Part shown: positions 44,325 through 49,877 of the stretch, in pieces | Layout: every line of letters starts with the position of its first letter | Numbering within the stretch: the first letter of the stretch is position 1 | NCBI GenBank assembly: GCA_038258655.1 | Contig: JBBSPS010000002.1 | Location: 1-49,877, forward strand | Reading direction: 5' to 3' | Source of the DNA: Bacteroidia bacterium | GTDB taxonomy: Bacteria > Bacteroidota > Bacteroidia > 2-12-FULL-35-15 | Length of the DNA stretch: 49,877 nt | Notes under the pieces: generated by a model | Seen by the model: the letters and a program-made list of their open reading frames with translations, nothing else | Told to the model about the DNA's origin: nothing | Databases searched by the model: none | Position numbers and translations under genes: made by a program

Positions 44325-47300
44325 TTATTTTTCAAAGTTGTTAAAGTATTGATTGACTTTTGCTTTAAAGAAAGGGTTTAATGACGGTGGAACCGTTTTT
44401 AGCAACTCCGTTTCTTTTTGTTTCATTCTGTTATACTCAAAAAATTCATTAAGGTTACTAAAATTTTCATTTTTTGCTTCATTAGATTGTCTTTTTTCAT
44501 CCATTTCCCTTTCTTTTTCAGCTTTTTCGCTCTCCAACATGCGTGTTAAAATTTCTTCCTGACGGTTAATTGTCTCCTGACTTAACATTTTATTCACTAA
44601 ATCTGTCTCCGTTTCTTCCATTTTTTCGGCAAGTTTGCCCAAATTTCCTGCACCTTTGCCATCTTTATTAATTTGTTCGCCCATTTTCTGAAGTTCCTGA
44701 CGGATAGCTTCCTGCTGTGCGGCAAGTTGCGCCAACTCTTGGCTCATGCCTATGGTCCCGCTGCCCGGTTTAGTGCCCGGTTTATTTCCATTTTTTGCCA
44801 TGCCTTCTTTCAATTTCTGGATTTGTTTATTCAACTGCTCCTGCATCTGGCGCATATTTGACATGGAAGGCTTTTTACCCATGCCTCCTGGTTTGTTACA
44901 ACTGCCGTTACCCGGCTTCTTACTTTTTGCCTGTGCCTGCATCTGACTCAGGGCTTCATTCAGCATCAATGCCAAATTATTGATAGAAGTCATCGCGAAT
45001 TGTTGGCGGCTGAGCCCTTCCTCTTTATGGTTGCGACCATCCATTGAGGGCGTTTGCGAATCCTGAATTTCATCAACGGCTTTTTCCATATTCATATTTA
45101 TCGCGCTTATCTCACGATTAACAGTAGCCTGAATTTGCGGAACACGTTTGCTTAAAGCCAATAAACTATCCTCGATCATTTTTGAATCGTTCTGCAATTT
45201 TTTCTGTTTCTGATCGATTTTAAAAAATTGCGGATCATTTGTTTTAGCTTTTGTTAACTCTCCCATTAAAGCTTCTTGTCCAAACGAAAGTTGTATTAAG
45301 TTTTCTAAGATATCACGTAATTTATTGATGTCTTCAGCTTCACCTGATTGTTCCATTTCAGACTGCATTTGCTCCATCTGCTTTGCCATCTGCTCCATTT
45401 TTTGCGCCGCACTTTTCTGTGATTTAGAAGCATTTTTTTTCTGATTATTATCCAATTGTTCACTGCTACTTTTCATGTCTTTCTGTATATCCTGCTGCTG
45501 TGGCTCGGTGTCCTCCATTTTAGCAGGCTCTTCCAATTCACTATTCTTTTTTTTCATTTCCTTCATATCTTTTTTAAGGTCTTCAAATTGTTTATTCAAA
45601 TCCTCTTGTTTCGCTTTCTGTTCTTTTGAATCCGATTTTTTATCCTCCGTTTTCTTTGCCTGGTCATCTTCTTTTTTTGCTAGTTCATTCAGCTTATCAA
45701 TGTTTTGTTGCAATTTTTGTTGTACTTCCAGTTGCTTAAAAATTTCCAAATTACGATCCAACTCCTTCATCAGATCCTTATTGTCTAACTTCATTTTATC
45801 CAATGCTTCCTGTACTTTGTCCTTGTCCAATTTCTCCAATAATTTTTGTAACTCATTGTATTTTTCTTTTAATTCAGGAGTCATTACTTTATCAAATAAC
45901 TCTTCCAGCTGTTTTTGTTTCTCTAGTATTTTTTCATCCGGCTGTTTGAATTCGCTTTTCTGCTGATTATTTTGCTGATTCTCATTTTTAATATTCTCCA
46001 CTTTCTTTTGCAGATCTTTTTGTTTGTCAAGCAGTTCTTGCAACTTCTTTTTTTCTTCCCAGCTCAATGTTTTTTTCTCGGCTACTTTACGTTGCAGGTC
46101 GCTCAATTCTTTTTGTACATCCTTTGCCTGACGGATACTTTCTTGTAGGTCATTTTTTATTTTATCATTGTTCTTATCCGTATTTTCAGCGATCTCTTTC
46201 AATGTTGGCGCTTTAAAGATCATTTTTTGCGAACGTGTTGATTTACTTCCGCTTACACCATCATTGTCCCATACTTCAAAATAATATTCAATTTGATCGC
46301 CCGGCGTAATTCCCAATTCGCTCATATCCCAGTAATGGAAAAATTGATCTTGGGTAACAGCTTTATTTATAGCAACGGGGGTGGAATTAGTGGTTATTTT
46401 TTTATAATTATCGGTTGCAGTGGAATCATTATTTGTAATGAAACGATAATTAAAAGTAAGTTTATTAAAACCGTGATCATCTTTTACTTCACCACGAAAA
46501 AAAATACGTTTAGCAGAAACAGAATCCTTTTTTTCTTCCACATTTATTTGCGGGTACGCATCCGGAATTACATTGATAGTATAAGTTACAGAATCTTTAC
46601 TTTTTAAAAATTGATTCGCTGTTGTAACTGAATATGTTTTATCTCTGAAAAGGCGCGCCGAATAATTATATGTGTTTTCCGAAGTAGGCAAAACGGCAAA
46701 GGATGTATCATTAAAATTCAATCGCAATTGATTGGTATTTTGTGTATTGAAATTCCAATTGATTTTTGTGCCTGCAGGAACCACAAGATCGCCGGTATTA
46801 TTAATTACTTCGTCTTTTTTGTTAAGATATTTTGGATAAATAAGCGCGATATCAAAATTTAAAAGAATAGGGTTTGGCAGCGCTACAAGCTCATATTCCT
46901 TTGATTTAAATCCATCTGCAGTCAATTGAAATTTGACGTTTTTTTGTACGTTTTTAAAAAGGTAATTAAAATTAACTATGTTTTGTTTGTCCAATTTAAA
47001 TTCATTGCCATCCATCTCAACGTAAACGTTTTCAGGCATTTCATCACCGGTGAGTTTTACTTTTAATTCAAAGTCTTGTTGTGCTATCGTTTGAAGATCA
47101 TTGTTAGTTATCACGAATTGAAAAGGGGCTTCTTTTTCAAAATACTGCCCATGTTTCATTAAACGTTTTGTTCCATCAGTAATAATACTTGGTGATGAAA
47201 ACAAGATTACAGCAATCAGCAAAACAGGAATTAACGCGTATTTCAGGTATTTTTTATTTTCTGACAGGTCAACGGCATTTGCAAACGGAATAGGCTTCAA

Positions 47301-47726
47301 CTCTTTTATTTTTTGATCGATGCTTGCTTCAAGCAATACATATTGAGAGGTGAGATGCGAGATGTGAAATGATTGTTGTTGCAGCTGTAAAACATTCAAC
47401 AATTTATCCTGTACGCTTAAAAAGTGCTTTCCAATAATGTTTGCGGCTGACTCGTAAGAAATAATGTGTCCTAGCTTATATAATTTAGAGAGGGGAACGG
47501 CAATGTATTTAACAAGAATAAAACCGCTTGTCAGAAGAAATAAATAAAACAGGATAGTACGAATGGATGTATTAAAATGGGCATAATATTCCAATACAGT
47601 AACTGAAATAAAAAAAAGAAAAACCAAGCCAATACTATAGATTAATCCGCGAAGCAGTTGATTTTTATAATATTTGCGAATGAATTCGTCTAATTTTTCA
47701 AGTAGACTCTGATAATTACTTGTCAT
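44325..47726 (-). CDS. large membrane-anchored coiled-coil protein (DUF4175-like)
   Basis: 1133 aa. N-terminal TM helices (LIYSIGLVFLFFISVTVL, ILFYLFLLTSGFILV), a beta-rich middle region, then about 300 aa of K/E/Q-rich coiled coil and a Q/M/G-rich tail. Confidence 0.6.
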   Translation of the reverse strand: MTSNYQSLLEKLDEFIRKYYKNQLLRGLIYSIGLVFLFFISVTVLEYYAHFNTSIRTILFYLFLLTSGFILVKYIAVPLSKLYKLGHIISYESAANIIGKHFLSVQDKLLNVLQLQQQSFHISHLTSQYVLLEASIDQKIKELKPIPFANAVDLSENKKYLKYALIPVLLIAVILFSSPSIITDGTKRLMKHGQYFEKEAPFQFVITNNDLQTIAQQDFELKVKLTGDEMPENVYVEMDGNEFKLDKQNIVNFNYLFKNVQKNVKFQLTADGFKSKEYELVALPNPILLNFDIALIYPKYLNKKDEVINNTGDLVVPAGTKINWNFNTQNTNQLRLNFNDTSFAVLPTSENTYNYSARLFRDKTYSVTTANQFLKSKDSVTYTINVIPDAYPQINVEEKKDSVSAKRIFFRGEVKDDHGFNKLTFNYRFITNNDSTATDNYKKITTNSTPVAINKAVTQDQFFHYWDMSELGITPGDQIEYYFEVWDNDGVSGSKSTRSQKMIFKAPTLKEIAENTDKNNDKIKNDLQESIRQAKDVQKELSDLQRKVAEKKTLSWEEKKKLQELLDKQKDLQKKVENIKNENQQNNQQKSEFKQPDEKILEKQKQLEELFDKVMTPELKEKYNELQKLLEKLDKDKVQEALDKMKLDNKDLMKELDRNLEIFKQLEVQQKLQQNIDKLNELAKKEDDQAKKTEDKKSDSKEQKAKQEDLNKQFEDLKKDMKEMKKKNSELEEPAKMEDTEPQQQDIQKDMKSSSEQLDNNQKKNASKSQKSAAQKMEQMAKQMEQMQSEMEQSGEAEDINKLRDILENLIQLSFGQEALMGELTKAKTNDPQFFKIDQKQKKLQNDSKMIEDSLLALSKRVPQIQATVNREISAINMNMEKAVDEIQDSQTPSMDGRNHKEEGLSRQQFAMTSINNLALMLNEALSQMQAQAKSKKPGNGSCNKPGGMGKKPSMSNMRQMQEQLNKQIQKLKEGMAKNGNKPGTKPGSGTIGMSQELAQLAAQQEAIRQELQKMGEQINKDGKGAGNLGKLAEKMEETETDLVNKMLSQETINRQEEILTRMLESEKAEKEREMDEKRQSNEAKNENFSNLNEFFEYNRMKQKETELLKTVPPSLNPFFKAKVNQYFNNFEK

Positions 47727-47888
47727 TGGTATTTTAACGCTATTATAAGCAATTTGTTGTATAGCAAAGATAGCGAATTGATTGGTTTTTCAAGACCTGA
47801 TTTCTTAGTATTTTCAGGAAAAAATGAGGTTTCTATAAACAGAAAAATCTCTTAACTTTGTTGAGTTACAAATTAAAACCCAAAAATC

Positions 47889-48401
47889 ATGGTATCAAAA
47901 AAAGTAGAAGTCGCTTTAAATAAACAAATAGAATTCGAAGCCGCATCTTCACAATATTATCTCGCAATGGCATCCTGGGCTGAAACAGAAGGCTTAACTG
48001 GAGTTTCCGAATTTTTATTCGCACAATCGGACGAAGAGCGTATGCACATGTTAAAGCTTGTTAAATATATCAATGAGCGTGGCGGACAAGCTCTTATTCC
48101 TGCTCTTAAAGCACAACCTCAAAAATTCAAATCGATACAATTTGTTTTTGAAGAGGTTCTGAAACATGAAGTGTTTGTTTCTAATGAAATTAACCAGTTA
48201 GTTGATATTTGTCTGAAAGAAAAAGATTATACAACCCATAATTTTCTGCAATGGTATGTAGCCGAACAAATTGAAGAAGAAGCATTGGCGCGCAAGACCC
48301 TCGACAAATTAAAATTGATCGGTGATGATAAAGGTGGAATGTACTTGTTCGACCGCGACCTCCCATCTATCAATGTTACTGCGCGCAAAAGCGGAAAATA
48401 A
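47889..48401 (+). CDS. non-heme ferritin
   Basis: 170 aa. Ferroxidase-centre pattern EFEAASSQYYLAMASW..SDEERMHMLKLVKYINERGG..HEVFVSNEINQL..WYVAEQIEEE. Confidence 0.9.
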   Translation: MVSKKVEVALNKQIEFEAASSQYYLAMASWAETEGLTGVSEFLFAQSDEERMHMLKLVKYINERGGQALIPALKAQPQKFKSIQFVFEEVLKHEVFVSNEINQLVDICLKEKDYTTHNFLQWYVAEQIEEEALARKTLDKLKLIGDDKGGMYLFDRDLPSINVTARKSGK

Positions 48402-48437
48402 ATTTTCATCAACCCATTAACTTACATTATTTAGTCT

Positions 48438-49136
48438 ATGACAGACTACAAACAATCATTCGGTATAAAATCATGGGCAGAAGAGGACCGGCCCCGTGAA
48501 AAATTATTGGATAAAGGACGTCATGTGCTTACCGAAGCTGAATTGATTGCTATTCTTATCGGTTCTGGCAGCAGAGATGAAACGGCTGTTGAATTATCCA
48601 AACGTATTTTATCAAGCGTGGGCAATAATTTGAATGAATTAGGAAAGTTAAATGTAAAAGAACTAACCAAATTTAAAGGCATTGGTGAAGTCAAAGCCAT
48701 AGGCATAGTGGCAGCATTAGAGCTGGGTAGAAGACGAAAAGAAACGGAAAGCGTTAAACGTGAAAAAGTAATTACCAGTAAAGATGTATTTGAAATAATG
48801 AAACCTTCGATGATGGATCTGCCACACGAAGAGTTTTGGCTATTAATGCTGAATCGTGCAAGTTCTGTGATCAAAAAGGAATTGATTAGCCGCGGAGGTG
48901 TTTCAGGAACAGTGGTGGATGCTAAAATAATTTTTAAAACTGCTGTTGAGCAGTATGCAAGTTCAATTATTATCTGTCATAACCACCCTTCCGGAAATTT
49001 ACAGCCCAGCGATGCCGATATTAAACTCACAAAAAATATTAAAGAAGCCGGAAAAATAATGGAAATATCTTTACTTGATCATCTGATAATTACTGAAAAA
49101 GGCTTTTATAGCTTTGCAGATGAAGGCATTATATGA
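48438..49136 (+). CDS. radC: RadC-family JAMM/MPN+ protein
   Basis: 232 aa. HhH region ELTKFKGIGEVKAIGI and JAMM motif IIICHNHPSGNLQPSDADIKLT. Confidence 0.9.
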   Translation: MTDYKQSFGIKSWAEEDRPREKLLDKGRHVLTEAELIAILIGSGSRDETAVELSKRILSSVGNNLNELGKLNVKELTKFKGIGEVKAIGIVAALELGRRRKETESVKREKVITSKDVFEIMKPSMMDLPHEEFWLLMLNRASSVIKKELISRGGVSGTVVDAKIIFKTAVEQYASSIIICHNHPSGNLQPSDADIKLTKNIKEAGKIMEISLLDHLIITEKGFYSFADEGII

Positions 49137-49195
49137 TTGACGAAATACCAAATCGTTAATCTACAATCGTAATTCGTAAATTTTTTAATTAACCA

Positions 49196-49877
49196 ATGAT
49201 CAAACTATTAACAATAATAGGCGCTCGCCCGCAAATTATTAAAGCTGCTGCTTTGAGCAGGGCTATCAAAAACAACTATGCCGATAAAATTCAGGAAATA
49301 ATTGTTCATACGGGGCAACATTATGATGAAAAAATGTCGCAGGTATTTTTTGATGAATTGGAGATCCCGCACCCAAATTATAATTTGAATACTGGTTCCG
49401 GAAGTCATGGAAAACAAACTGCATCAATGCTGGAAGGCATAGAAGAAATTTTATTGAAAGAAAAACCCAATTGTATTGTTTTATATGGCGACACCAACTC
49501 CACGTTGGCAGGAGCTATAGCTGCGTCAAAAATTCAACTACCTGTTGTTCATATTGAAGCCGGTTTACGTTCATTCAATAAATCAATGCCCGAAGAGATC
49601 AACCGTATTGTATGTGACCATGTTTCAACATTATTATTTTCGCCTACGAAAGCGGGTTATGATAATTTGATCAAAGAAGGATTTAATTCAACCAATCACC
49701 CCCCTTATACATTTGATAATCCTAAAATTTATCATTGCGGTGATGTGATGTATGACAACAGCCTTTATTTTTCAACTATTTCCGAGCAAAAAACCAGTGT
49801 ATTAGTTGATAATGATCTTCAAACAGGGAATTTTATTTTAGCGACTATTCATCGCAATAATAATACAGATGATAGCG
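49196..49877 (+). CDS. wecB: UDP-N-acetylglucosamine 2-epimerase (non-hydrolysing), 5' part; runs off the window
   Basis: Not in the supplied track because it has no stop. ATG at 49196, then MIKLLTIIGARPQIIKAAALS..HTGQHYD..LYGDTNSTLAGA..VVHIEAGLRSFN..PEEINR, open to position 49877. Confidence 0.85.
   Translation, partial: MIKLLTIIGARPQIIKAAALSRAIKNNYADKIQEIIVHTGQHYDEKMSQVFFDELEIPHPNYNLNTGSGSHGKQTASMLEGIEEILLKEKPNCIVLYGDTNSTLAGAIAASKIQLPVVHIEAGLRSFNKSMPEEINRIVCDHVSTLLFSPTKAGYDNLIKEGFNSTNHPPYTFDNPKIYHCGDVMYDNSLYFSTISEQKTSVLVDNDLQTGNFILATIHRNNNTDDS

Noticed and set aside
45475-45966. 163-aa Ser/Phe/Cys-rich ORF and other + strand ORFs (44353-44983, 46293-46607) inside the DUF4175-like gene
   Set aside because: They are antisense to the K/E/Q-rich coiled-coil coding region, so they are low-complexity mirror ORFs.
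49208-49417. 69-aa minus-strand ORF at the right end
   Set aside because: It is antisense to the clearly recognisable wecB reading frame, which starts at 49196.
1-49877. Search for CRISPR arrays, tRNA/rRNA genes, IS elements, integrases, retron or DGR reverse transcriptases, and toxin-antitoxin pairs
   Set aside because: No regularly spaced direct repeats, cloverleaf-compatible sequences or transposase, integrase or RT motifs were seen on either strand. The only dispersed repeat is the modular element reported above.

Overview
AT-rich chromosomal segment that looks like Bacteroidota: it has a T9SS C-terminal sorting domain, NRDE-, DUF4175- and DUF6660-like genes, almost no Shine-Dalgarno sequences and TAnnTTTG-like -7 boxes. 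I count about 55 credible protein genes. I saw no rRNA, tRNA, CRISPR array, transposase or integrase. Layout: (i) 0.1-8.8 kb holds a lipoprotein, Hsp20, a secreted K/E-rich disordered protein and a 1788-aa CheB-CheR-PAS-HisKA-REC-HPt hybrid sensor, interleaved with a repeated non-coding element. (ii) 8.9-16.4 kb is an array of small SRPBCC/AHSA1, VOC/glyoxalase-fold and DoxX-like paralogs with ArsR, AraC/GlxA and HxlR regulators. (iii) 16.6-20.2 kb is a tight five-gene operon (beta-barrel OMP, YceI, DinB, NRDE, ATP-grasp). (iv) 20.3-25.4 kb holds an HExxH protein, an Omp85-like barrel, a redoxin, a Kelch/T9SS protein, an iodotyrosine-deiodinase-like nitroreductase and DoxX. (v) 25.5-43.0 kb is a heavy-metal (mainly copper) island. 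It contains a YHS protein, Crp, LysE, a CzcB adaptor, a CzcA fused to a TolC-like factor, a Cys-rich DUF6660-like protein, two Met-rich proteins, NhaC, a multicopper oxidase with a barrel tail, HMA proteins, a frameshifted copA and an HMA-AraC regulator. (vi) 43.3-49.9 kb holds a decayed ECF-type sigma gene, a HATPase/DUF4175-like pair, ferritin, radC and a partial wecB that runs off the window and is absent from the ORF track. The best candidates for something undescribed are the modular non-coding repeat (possible sRNA family or shared leader plus a conserved 3' module) and the ATP-grasp/NRDE/DinB operon. All functional calls come from motif recognition by eye; no database search or folding program was run.
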